A stretch of DNA of 62,603 nt from an uncultured Thermoplasmatales archaeon (GTDB lineage: Archaea; Thermoplasmatota; E2; DHVEG-1): contig CAYPUK010000127.1 of NCBI GenBank assembly GCA_964414035.1, forward strand, positions 1-62,603. Direction: 5' to 3'. A program made the position numbers and the translations under genes. This document shows positions 1-8,422 of the stretch, in pieces. Every line of letters starts with the position of its first letter. Position 1 is the stretch's first letter. Below the pieces are notes generated by a model, which was not told where the DNA came from, made no database searches, and saw only the letters and a program-made list of their open reading frames with translations.

Positions 1-498
1 AAAAACAAATCCCAGACTCAGAAAAATAAGGGCGATAACCATATTCGTGGATGGTCCCGCTAGTGAAATATGACCATATTCTTTTCTACCGGGAGATCCA
101 TAAATTTGTACTGCCCCTGGAGCTGCAAAGACAATTCCAGCAAGCACGCCAAAAACTAAAGCTAAAAGCAAACCTTGAGGAAACATTCGAAATTCAGACC
201 AAAAACCGTATTTCTGTCCCATGTATTTATGAGCAAGTTCATGAAAAACAAATGCAGTGATAATCGCCAAAAATGATTGCGGAAGCACGGTAAGAAACGA
301 TGCGATACTAAATGCACTACTTCTTATTGGAACAAATGCAAAAGAAAAAGCAATGGTAAGTACCGCAACAGAAATCCCTAAATGAATAAGTTCGGTTTTA
401 CTAAAACGCAGCGTGGATCGTGGTTGAGAACCATAACCATATTGATCGTTAAAGGGAACATCATAAAACGATTCATAGACTTTCCTATTATTACTCAT
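1..498 (-). CDS. Peptidase M50 (site-2 protease) family membrane metalloprotease. Only the N-terminal 166 codons are present because the gene runs off the left edge.
   Basis: Not in the ORF track because no stop lies in the window. Own translation from ATG 498-496: MSNNRKVYESFYDVPFNDQYGYGSQ...ITAFVFHELAHKYMGQKYGF. HExxH (HELAHK) sits in a hydrophobic segment. GGTGA lies 9 nt upstream. Confidence 0.6.
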   Translation of the reverse strand, partial: MSNNRKVYESFYDVPFNDQYGYGSQPRSTLRFSKTELIHLGISVAVLTIAFSFAFVPIRSSAFSIASFLTVLPQSFLAIITAFVFHELAHKYMGQKYGFWSEFRMFPQGLLLALVFGVLAGIVFAAPGAVQIYGSPGRKEYGHISLAGPSTNMVIALIFLSLGFVF

Positions 499-533
499 GA
501 TTCTTTCACCATTCAACCTAACAAACAGAAATT

Positions 534-2126
534 CTATTCTTTTTTATCTCCTTTTGGTTTTTTATCGTGTCCATCATCTTTTTTCTTTGAAGATTGTTTT
601 TGTTTTTTTATGGTGTTTAACCAAACCGTTCGTTGTGGGAATGGAATGGTAATATCCTCTTTCTTAAATTCATCATCGATACTAGATCGAAGATCACTTA
701 ACACACCCCACTGTTTCATCACATCATCAATCCAAACGAGTAAAATAAAATTTAAACTTGAATCACCAAAACCAGTGAATCGAACGACGGGTTCAAAGCC
801 AGGCTCATGGACTACTTTCTCATGATTCATAGCAACATCCATTAATATCTTTTTGACCGTATCAAGATTGGATCCATAGGCCACACCAACATCGATTGTT
901 TTTCTAATGCGGGTGTCTGGTTTGACAATGTTAATGATCTTTTGATTGGCAACATTATTATTAGGTAGAATTATGAGTTCATGATCAAACAAGCTATACA
1001 ATTTCGTACTTCTCATCCCAACATTTTCAACTCGGCAATACTCACCAGATTCAAGAAGGATGATATCACCAATACGAAATGGCCGATCAAGCAATAAATG
1101 AATGCCACTAAAGAAATTAGAAAGTGTGTCCTGCGCAGCAAAAGCAATCACTAATCCCATAACTCCTGCTCCAGCAAGTAATGCAGTAACATCAATACCA
1201 ATTGAACTCAACCCAAAAATGACGCCACCAATGATAATAACCGTTAAACCAATCTTACGAAACATTGGCTTTAATACGGTTCCAAATGTTGAGAAACGAC
1301 CGCCTTTTTTAATGGTCAACTCTTCTAATATCTCATCAAAGATCCGATATGCCATGTAAATAACGATAAAAACAAGGATAATCATATAAATCGAATTTAG
1401 AGATGCAATTAATCCAATACTGATATCCAGTTTCATTAACGAATGCAGGCTCCCATAAAGAATAATGATGATCAATATTGGAATACGAATGATTTCGACA
1501 ATGGCATCATCAAGTAACGTTTCCGTCTTTTTGACAATAACCATGATCACTTTTTTGGTAACAAAATAGACAAGAAACGCAATAGATGCCCATATTATGA
1601 TACTTAGACCAAAAGCACCATACGGACCATCTAAGGGTGCAGGTAACGGATTTTGAACTCCACCTATGATAGTATTTTCCTCTCCACTACTAATACCGGT
1701 TACTGCAATTGAAATTGATTTTGAAATTGAAAACGTCTCAGTTTGATTCAGTTGCCTAAATGTAAATATTACCGTAGCATCTTTTTGTTTGACCTGAGGA
1801 TATTGAGGAATATCCACAGAGAGACCTATGATTTGATATTGCTGTGATTCATCTAAAACGAAATAATCTTTTGAAATTCTATAATTCCATGAGTCAAGTC
1901 CAGTTACCTTGATACGAACCACATAATTCTGACTTGAATTTTTATATACAGTCCAATTGAATTTATGTGTTGAACCAATGAATTCACTTACAGAATATTC
2001 ATCATCCTCGCCGATAAGTGGTAGGCTATCAATTGATTCTGCAGAACTAAGAAGTGTAAAAGAAGAAATTAGTAGTGTAAGAATGATTGATAAGATGATT
2101 TTCCTGTTGAGATCTATCCGACTCAT
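534..2126 (-). CDS. MscS-family mechanosensitive channel with a large N-terminal exported domain
   Basis: Signal/TM N-terminus, multiple TM helices, then an MscS beta-domain pattern (PFRIGDIILLESGEYCRVENVGMRSTKL). Lys-rich tail. Confidence 0.85.
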   Translation of the reverse strand: MSRIDLNRKIILSIILTLLISSFTLLSSAESIDSLPLIGEDDEYSVSEFIGSTHKFNWTVYKNSSQNYVVRIKVTGLDSWNYRISKDYFVLDESQQYQIIGLSVDIPQYPQVKQKDATVIFTFRQLNQTETFSISKSISIAVTGISSGEENTIIGGVQNPLPAPLDGPYGAFGLSIIIWASIAFLVYFVTKKVIMVIVKKTETLLDDAIVEIIRIPILIIIILYGSLHSLMKLDISIGLIASLNSIYMIILVFIVIYMAYRIFDEILEELTIKKGGRFSTFGTVLKPMFRKIGLTVIIIGGVIFGLSSIGIDVTALLAGAGVMGLVIAFAAQDTLSNFFSGIHLLLDRPFRIGDIILLESGEYCRVENVGMRSTKLYSLFDHELIILPNNNVANQKIINIVKPDTRIRKTIDVGVAYGSNLDTVKKILMDVAMNHEKVVHEPGFEPVVRFTGFGDSSLNFILLVWIDDVMKQWGVLSDLRSSIDDEFKKEDITIPFPQRTVWLNTIKKQKQSSKKKDDGHDKKPKGDKKE

Positions 2127-2206
2127 AAATGACGCAAAGTTAAAAATTAGTACATAAACTTATCTACATAAACAATACACCAAATCTTATCTTATTCTCA
2201 GTTACT

Positions 2207-2719
2207 TCACAACGTATTCATATTATCAAAAAAGGATTCAAGATATTCTTTGGCATCTTCAACATCTTTGTAATCATAAATGGTGACGTAGTCAAGATCA
2301 TCTATTGGCATGCCTCGGATCATAGTTGATAGTTTATTTGGCCAATACTCTTTTTGATAGAGGCCAATGACCCGAATCTGATTTAATCCTAACCGAGGTC
2401 GAAGATAGGCATGCGCAAATTCAATACCTGTTCCTAAACTTGGTATTGAGAGTTCAAAAACAGTTGCAATCACATCGCCTTCTACAAAATTAATCATTTT
2501 ATCTCGAACATACCTTCGCCGTGCTAAGTCTTCTTTTGGTAGTGGACCTATTGACTTTTCCAAATGCTGAATTGCTTCAGTATAACTTGTGCCAGTGGTA
2601 TGTTCGGTAACGACATTATATCCCATATCTTTGATTTTGTTGATTATTGCTCGGTGAACTGCAGCTCGCTGTTTTCTATTTTGAGCACCTTGAATTGCTC
2701 CTCCATAAAATACATCCAT
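2207..2719 (-). CDS. Nucleoside 2-deoxyribosyltransferase-like / DNPH1 (Rcl)-like 2'-deoxynucleoside 5'-phosphate N-hydrolase
   Basis: FYGGAIQGAQ N-terminus, ELSIPSLGTGIEFAH and LSTMIRG match the DNPH1 pattern (FCGSIRGG / EVTQPSLGVGYELG / LSAMIRG) from memory. Confidence 0.6.
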   Translation of the reverse strand: MDVFYGGAIQGAQNRKQRAAVHRAIINKIKDMGYNVVTEHTTGTSYTEAIQHLEKSIGPLPKEDLARRRYVRDKMINFVEGDVIATVFELSIPSLGTGIEFAHAYLRPRLGLNQIRVIGLYQKEYWPNKLSTMIRGMPIDDLDYVTIYDYKDVEDAKEYLESFFDNMNTL

Positions 2720-2832
2720 ATTTTAAACCATATTTAAAGATAATATTTTAATTTTATCAATAAACCTATTAATTGTATAAAAAATTGAAAAAATAAAAAA
2801 GATTTTTATATTGGGAATACTATTCGGTTTTT

Positions 2833-2901
2833 AGGCGGAGAGATGGGAATGCACGGTGAGTACTAAAATTTTTTTTACCCTACAATGGTACTCCTCCGCC
2901 T
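2833..2901. other. Purine-rich stem-loop island A, function unknown
   Basis: AGGCGGAG (2833-2840) pairs with CTCCGCCT (2894-2901). GAGTAC (2858-2863) pairs with GTACTC (2888-2893). T8 lies in the loop. Both ends resemble island B at 53550-53633. Confidence 0.5.
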
Positions 2902-2993
2902 GCCTCCCCCATGAACGTTTTCTGAAGATAGTAGGAAGATAATGATAACAATATTTTTATACTGGATTTAACAATAAAAAAAGGTGACTTGAT

Positions 2994-4091
2994 ATGAATA
3001 ATAAAACATGGTGGTTTCACCTCATTTTAGTGTTTTGTGTATTGTTTACTATTGTAACACCATCTTTTTCTACTGCTATTCAAGGTAAAAATATATTTAC
3101 CACATTGATGAAAAAAACACAAGACCCTGGATCGGTGAGTATTGATGAGATTGTTCCAAAGGATGATGCATTTCATGGGACAACCTCATTTCCTTCGATT
3201 GAATGGTGGTATTTTGACAGTATGTTCGTTCAAAACTATAGTGCTCATGTTGGATTCAAGATCATTACATATCAAGGATTAAATTTATTAAAACCTTCCA
3301 TCAACATCTATCAAGGAACTACACTTATTGCTAATGAAACTAAGATAATAACTCCATTTGATTTTAAAACTTCACAGGACCAACCATATATTGAAATACA
3401 CTCAACTCCCGTAATGAAATTTAACAAGACAAATTATGAAAAAAATGGAGAATGGGAATATCATATCTGTTACGAAATTGATGGTGTTGGAGTCGATTTA
3501 CAATTTATCAGTGAGACGAAAGGTTGGAGATATGAAACGCCTCATGAAGGATGGACCGTTGCAATCCCGCAAGGAAAAGTCTCTGGAACGATATCATTAA
3601 ATGATACGGAGATTAAGGTAAATGGTAGAGGATATCATGATCACAACTGGAATTTTAGTCTAAAAACACCGGCAAGAGGATGGTCATGGTATTGGGGAAA
3701 AATCACGGGGGAAACCTTAAATTTAGCCTGGGCTGAAATCAAGGAAACAGGTGTTTTACCACAGACATTTTCTGATAAACTTGGAGTGTTAAACACCCAG
3801 GAAGATGAATTCGTTGTTATTGATCCAGAGCATATCAAATTTTCAGCTGAATCCTTTGTATTCAAAAATAATCGTTTCATACCAACAAGATTTCACCTAA
3901 CCTTGGACCAAGATGATGTGTTCATCGATGTTACTCTTACTTCAGTAGAGCTCCATCGATCTGATCCTAGTGTGATGACCTTACATTACTGGAGATATTT
4001 TGTTTCGGTAACCGGCATAATTTCATATAAAGATACCACAGAATACTTAGATGGCAAACTCCAGATCATGGAATATATGAGATTTTTTTAA
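2994..4091 (+). CDS. Exported CrtC/AttH-like (lipocalin-fold hydratase family) protein
   Basis: Signal peptide. SIEWWYFD and GRGYHDHNW motifs are typical of the hydroxyneurosporene synthase/AttH family. Confidence 0.45.
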   Translation: MNNKTWWFHLILVFCVLFTIVTPSFSTAIQGKNIFTTLMKKTQDPGSVSIDEIVPKDDAFHGTTSFPSIEWWYFDSMFVQNYSAHVGFKIITYQGLNLLKPSINIYQGTTLIANETKIITPFDFKTSQDQPYIEIHSTPVMKFNKTNYEKNGEWEYHICYEIDGVGVDLQFISETKGWRYETPHEGWTVAIPQGKVSGTISLNDTEIKVNGRGYHDHNWNFSLKTPARGWSWYWGKITGETLNLAWAEIKETGVLPQTFSDKLGVLNTQEDEFVVIDPEHIKFSAESFVFKNNRFIPTRFHLTLDQDDVFIDVTLTSVELHRSDPSVMTLHYWRYFVSVTGIISYKDTTEYLDGKLQIMEYMRFF

Positions 4092-4163
4092 ACAAATTAT
4101 TCGGTATATATCTTTTCAGAGAACAAAATATATTTGATTCTTTTTTTTACAGGTAGTTGTTGA

Positions 4164-4841
4164 ATGCTTATGAACATAGAAATCCTTAAATGCTTAGAAG
4201 GAGCAAAACAGGCAAAAGGACTCACCGTCATCATTGATGTATTCAGAGCTAGCACTACTATTTTAGCTGCGTTACATCAGGGAGCAAAACATATCAAACC
4301 TATCGAATCTATTCAAGAAGCATTATCGATTAAAAAACAAAATCCTTCATGTATCTTAGTCGGGGAACGAAATGGAAAAAAACTTTCAGGATTTGATTAT
4401 GGTAATTCACCAGCAACGATGATGTCATTAAATTTAACCAAAAAATCGATTGTGTTATCAACTTCATCTGGTACTAAAGGAATCTGTAATGCAGATCAAT
4501 CCTCAGAAACACTCATAGCAGGATTTGTAAACATATCAAAAACGATATCATACATCAAAAATAAAAATCCAAACCATCTAAGTCTCATTCCTATGGGACT
4601 GAACGCGACAACTCCTGCAATAGAAGATGACCTCTGTGCTGATCTCATCAAAAAAAGATTGCAGGATCAATCTGTAAACTATCAAGATTACATTGAACCA
4701 ATCATGGAAGGTGGTGGAATTAAACGATTGCACAATCTCAGACAAGAAAAAGACATTTCATATTGTTTAACACAAGATCTCATTTCAATAATTGCTTCAT
4801 ATGATAAAAATAAAGGAAAAATTGTACCAATTTATTATTAA
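4164..4841 (+). CDS. comB: 2-phosphosulfolactate phosphatase (ComB family)
   Basis: VIIDVFRASTTI hallmark near the N-terminus, about 225 aa, GERNG and GxxNSP motifs. Confidence 0.7.
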   Translation: MLMNIEILKCLEGAKQAKGLTVIIDVFRASTTILAALHQGAKHIKPIESIQEALSIKKQNPSCILVGERNGKKLSGFDYGNSPATMMSLNLTKKSIVLSTSSGTKGICNADQSSETLIAGFVNISKTISYIKNKNPNHLSLIPMGLNATTPAIEDDLCADLIKKRLQDQSVNYQDYIEPIMEGGGIKRLHNLRQEKDISYCLTQDLISIIASYDKNKGKIVPIYY

Positions 4842-4938
4842 TATTTTCTACAAAATATTTTTATACATTTCTTCAGTTACACCATATAGTTAATGGATGT
4901 TAAACTTAACTTAATCCGTTAAACGGAGGAGGCATTAA

Positions 4939-6291
4939 ATGAATTATCAAATACAACAAAACAAGAAGCAAATATACACCATTATTATGACAGTATTCAT
5001 AACAAGTTTATTCATTTTCCCAACGATTTTATCTGAGTCAACAACTCAATTACAACATAAAACCATCAGTAACACATCTAAAATTGGTATTCTCATCATA
5101 AATTATGGGGAACCAACAACATTCACTGATGAAACATACCAAGATTTCAAAGCCTATATGAATCATATGCTTCACGTAGGAATGCTTCCTAGTTTCCTAA
5201 AAAATATCGATAAAGGAACAATTCTTACTGACATGAACGCTGATTCCTGGTCGCTACCCTGGGAGCGAGAATTAATAAATGCATGGGGCAAACCCGTGCT
5301 TCCTTTTGCTTTGTATAGCCCAGGAATTGAAAAAATGCATACGTCACCGCACTATTTCCTCCCATTTTTTGGTCCTGGTTTTGGAGAAGCTGACATTTAT
5401 GAACAGGCAACATTAACCGCGTATCAATCTTGGAAAAACATGGATAACCACTCACCATACAAAGACCATACCGTCCCACAAATAAACAATGTTATCGATC
5501 AACTCAAAGAAAGTTATGCGGAAAACATTAGTTGCACAATAGGCTTTGGATTTGAAAAAGGAAGTATTGCTGAAGCAACGACCTATCTTATTGATCAAGA
5601 TATTAATGTTTTGATTGCTGCTCCACAAATGGTTGTTGATTCCGATTTCGAAGGAGATCTACACTGGTATAAAGAAATCCATGAAACCTTAGATTCATTA
5701 GACCTTGACATACCTGTTCATATTGCAAAACAAATCGGTTCACAACCATCTTTTATTCAAAGTATCGTATTAAAAACACAAGAAGAACTCGCAGAACTAC
5801 CTAAAGATGCTCAGGTTTCTTTGTTCTTATCTAATCATGGTTTTCCACCTGTAACATGTGGATCGTATGATTGTGGATCAGATTCATATCATGCAAATGC
5901 AAAAGAGGCATTCAACTTAGTTAAAGAAGCAATAACTGAAAATATTACTGAACAAAATCTCTTAGAAATTAAACAGATTTATGCAGAATTTGCGGAAGGA
6001 AGTGATGATCCAAATAACCAAGTACTGAGTCCTCTTGAAGGACTTAATCGGTTGCCATCAACCTGCACTCACGTAATCAACATTCCTTATGGATTCATTG
6101 GAGAGACTACGGATACCCTAAATGCACTTCGTGATGCTTTTGGGGTTGAAGGATGGGATCAAAACTATGAAACTATCTTTACATATGATGAGGTAACTGT
6201 TACCATCACTTCTTGTAAGTTTCATGATTCACTCAGAGAAGAAGCATTATTCGAAAGTATTACTGATGAAATAGAAAAAATCATCAGTTAA
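4939..6291 (+). CDS. Membrane-anchored/exported protein with weak class II chelatase (ferrochelatase/CbiK)-like motifs
   Basis: N-terminal TM anchor. ILIINYGEP and LFLSNHGFP resemble the two half-domain motifs of ferrochelatase-type chelatases. Assignment is tentative. Confidence 0.3.
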   Translation: MNYQIQQNKKQIYTIIMTVFITSLFIFPTILSESTTQLQHKTISNTSKIGILIINYGEPTTFTDETYQDFKAYMNHMLHVGMLPSFLKNIDKGTILTDMNADSWSLPWERELINAWGKPVLPFALYSPGIEKMHTSPHYFLPFFGPGFGEADIYEQATLTAYQSWKNMDNHSPYKDHTVPQINNVIDQLKESYAENISCTIGFGFEKGSIAEATTYLIDQDINVLIAAPQMVVDSDFEGDLHWYKEIHETLDSLDLDIPVHIAKQIGSQPSFIQSIVLKTQEELAELPKDAQVSLFLSNHGFPPVTCGSYDCGSDSYHANAKEAFNLVKEAITENITEQNLLEIKQIYAEFAEGSDDPNNQVLSPLEGLNRLPSTCTHVINIPYGFIGETTDTLNALRDAFGVEGWDQNYETIFTYDEVTVTITSCKFHDSLREEALFESITDEIEKIIS

Positions 6292-6350
6292 CATTCTTTA
6301 TCTCCTAGCATATCTTTATGTACGCTTGATTTGTTGAAGATTATAGAATT

Positions 6351-7088
6351 ATGAGTTCGATTCGATTACAAAAGTATTTAGCACAATGTGGAGTGGGATC
6401 TCGGAGAACCTGTGAATCATATATCACACAGGGAAGAGTAAAGATCGATGGAAAGGTTTGCACAACACTTGGGACAAAAATAGATCCATCACATCAAAAC
6501 ATCATGTTTGATGAAGAAGAAGTACATCCAAAACCGATTACGTGGATTATGTTAAACAAACCACCCGGTTACTTAAGCACCGCAAAAGATCCAAGTGGAA
6601 AACCTACATTTCTAGAATTACTTCCAAAAGATAAACATCATCTCTTTGCCGTAGGCAGACTCGATTTTCTAAGCGAAGGCTTACTATTAATTACGAATGA
6701 TGGCTATCGAGCGAACAAACTTATTCACCCACGATATGAAATAGAAAAGGAATATTTGGTGATCACTCCGGATAAGATCACTGCTGAACAACTGAACCAA
6801 TTGAAAAACGGATTTACCATTCAACATGATTTTCTAAAAGTAGAACGAATCCATCAGATTAATGATTTTAATATGAAGAATCAGCGGATGTATTCAATCA
6901 TTATCAAAGAAGGAAAAAATCGGCATATAAGAAGAATGCTGGATTATATAAACATTCGAATTAAAAAATTGAAAAGAGTTCGGATTGGCCCTATTAATCT
7001 TGCTGATGTCTCAAGTGGCGAGTGGCGAAATCTTACCAAAGATGAAATACAAAAGATACATGATCTATGCAAGCCGGTTGATGATTAG
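6351..7088 (+). CDS. RsuA/RluB-family pseudouridine synthase with an S4 RNA-binding domain
   Basis: N-terminal S4 motif (RLQKYLAQCGVGSRR) and catalytic motif GRLDFLSEGLLLITNDG. Confidence 0.85.
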   Translation: MSSIRLQKYLAQCGVGSRRTCESYITQGRVKIDGKVCTTLGTKIDPSHQNIMFDEEEVHPKPITWIMLNKPPGYLSTAKDPSGKPTFLELLPKDKHHLFAVGRLDFLSEGLLLITNDGYRANKLIHPRYEIEKEYLVITPDKITAEQLNQLKNGFTIQHDFLKVERIHQINDFNMKNQRMYSIIIKEGKNRHIRRMLDYINIRIKKLKRVRIGPINLADVSSGEWRNLTKDEIQKIHDLCKPVDD

Positions 7089-7128
7089 GAAGAAAAAGAA
7101 TTAGCTATCTTTTAAAAAATGAAAAGAA

Positions 7129-7148
7129 AAACAGGTTTATACCTGTTT
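7129..7148. terminator. Hairpin between convergent genes
   Basis: AAACAGG (7129-7135), loop TTTATA, CCTGTTT (7142-7148). Flanked by A/T runs. Confidence 0.4.
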
Positions 7149-7173
7149 AAAAGACGCTATGTTCATCGCTTAT

Positions 7174-7482
7174 TTATTCGTATGGACAATTCCCATTTCC
7201 AGGACCGAAACCAGTGCCATCACGTGGTCCAAGTCCTTGCATGCCACCACGTTTATGTTGATGACCTGTTCCATCCATTGGTCGAAGATCGTTCATACCA
7301 TCACCATCTTCATCAACCCAATTATCACATATGCCATCGTCATCCTCATCAATGAAGTTTTCTCCAAGATATTGTTTTTCTTCAGCACCAGGGCCATAGC
7401 CCGCAGATGCCAGCCCAACGGCTGCCACGATGGCAACCAATCCGATTGCTACGATTACAAATTTTTTCATAGTTGTTTTCAC
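7174..7482 (-). CDS. Small secreted Asp/Gly-rich protein. The likely start is MKKF at 7467.
   Basis: Signal peptide MKKFVIVAIGLVAIVAAVGLASA, then acidic DEDDDGICDNWVDEDGDGMND and DGTG repeats. No confident family. Confidence 0.5.
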   Translation of the reverse strand: MKTTMKKFVIVAIGLVAIVAAVGLASAGYGPGAEEKQYLGENFIDEDDDGICDNWVDEDGDGMNDLRPMDGTGHQHKRGGMQGLGPRDGTGFGPGNGNCPYE

Positions 7483-7625
7483 CTTTTATCTCTTATTTTT
7501 GGGAAACACCAATTCCATTGGATGCTGTTGATCACCGACCAACGTCAACACCCGACGTGGTGCTTCTGATGAAAACGTTTGGTTGAAACCTTATATAAAA
7601 CCCTGCTGAAACCAAGGATATAATC

Positions 7626-7642
7626 GTTTCAAATAGTGAAAC
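7626..7642. promoter_or_regulatory. Candidate operator palindrome GTTTCA-N5-TGAAAC in a divergent promoter region
   Basis: GTTTCA 7626-7631 and TGAAAC 7637-7642. Further TGAAAC copies lie at 7584-7589 and 7607-7612. Adjacent to a wHTH regulator gene. Confidence 0.25.
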
Positions 7643-7713
7643 AAAACCATAATAATACAAAAAAAGAATACTTTTTTTAAGAAAACAGTAAATGAACTAT
7701 TATCGTCTAGGAG

Positions 7714-8385
7714 ATGTTAACGATGCATAAAAAAAGGTCAATTTTACTTATCTTGATTCTACTCATCTTCATTTTTTCAACAACTTCGATATTTTCAGCA
7801 GAAAATGAATCAGATGATGCTCAGTGTAATAACAGTCAACCAATGAATGGTCAACAAGGAACCAATAATCCTAGAAATGCCAATTCACCGTTCTATCAGG
7901 GTATGGCGGCATGGATTATCGTAATCATTGTAGTCGTGATTTTAATCATATCAATGTATCTACTTATCACTCGTAATATGAAAAAACAAATGCAAAAAAA
8001 TGCTGAACTCATCCAATATATGATTCATGATAACAATCAAAATCGGAATAATGCAGAAAATGTGAGTTCTCAAAACCAAACTGGATCAATGGAGAATATA
8101 AAATCCTCTGTTGATGGAACTGAAATTCAAAAAACCATGTTGAAATTTTTAAATTATAATGAAAACAGAGTCATTAAAAAATTAATCGAAAAAGAAGGAT
8201 CCATTCTTCAATCTGAGATAAGCCGAATGCCAAATATGGGGAAAGTAAAAGCACACCGAGTACTACAAGATCTTGAAACCAAAGGTATTATAAAAAAAGA
8301 ATCCTATGGGAAGACAAATAGAGTTATTCTTGATGAAACGATACAAAAGATTTTTCTAAAAACAAAAAAGAATGATCAAGATTAA
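7714..8385 (+). CDS. Membrane-anchored winged-helix transcription regulator (TrmB/MarR-like C-terminal domain)
   Basis: Signal/TM, low-complexity exodomain, second TM (AAWIIVIIVVVILIISMYLLI), then RVIKKLIEKEGSILQSEISRMPNMGKVKAHRVLQDLETKGII. Confidence 0.55.
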   Translation: MLTMHKKRSILLILILLIFIFSTTSIFSAENESDDAQCNNSQPMNGQQGTNNPRNANSPFYQGMAAWIIVIIVVVILIISMYLLITRNMKKQMQKNAELIQYMIHDNNQNRNNAENVSSQNQTGSMENIKSSVDGTEIQKTMLKFLNYNENRVIKKLIEKEGSILQSEISRMPNMGKVKAHRVLQDLETKGIIKKESYGKTNRVILDETIQKIFLKTKKNDQD

Positions 8386-8422
8386 AATTCACTTTTTCTC
8401 TTTGTAAATTTAATTGGGATGA

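Noticed and set aside
51-260. 69-aa + strand ORF at the left edge.
   Set aside because: It lies antisense to the M50 protease reading frame (HELAHK motif), which explains this region better.
2838-2847. Identical 10-mer GAGATGGGAA in islands A (2838-2847) and C (17888-17897) as proof of a repeat family.
   Set aside because: A single shared 10-mer is expected by chance many times in a 62-kb window. It is used only as weak supporting context, not as evidence.
2843-2866. Mini-ORFs inside the islands read as leader peptides. Examples: ATGGGAATGCACGGTGAGTACTAA in island A, ATGGGTATGTCTGAAAATTTTTAA in island H, and a 19-codon ORF in island C.
   Set aside because: They are very short with no consistent SD spacing, and the similarity (MGM...) follows from the G-rich ATGGG word. 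There is no basis to call them coding.
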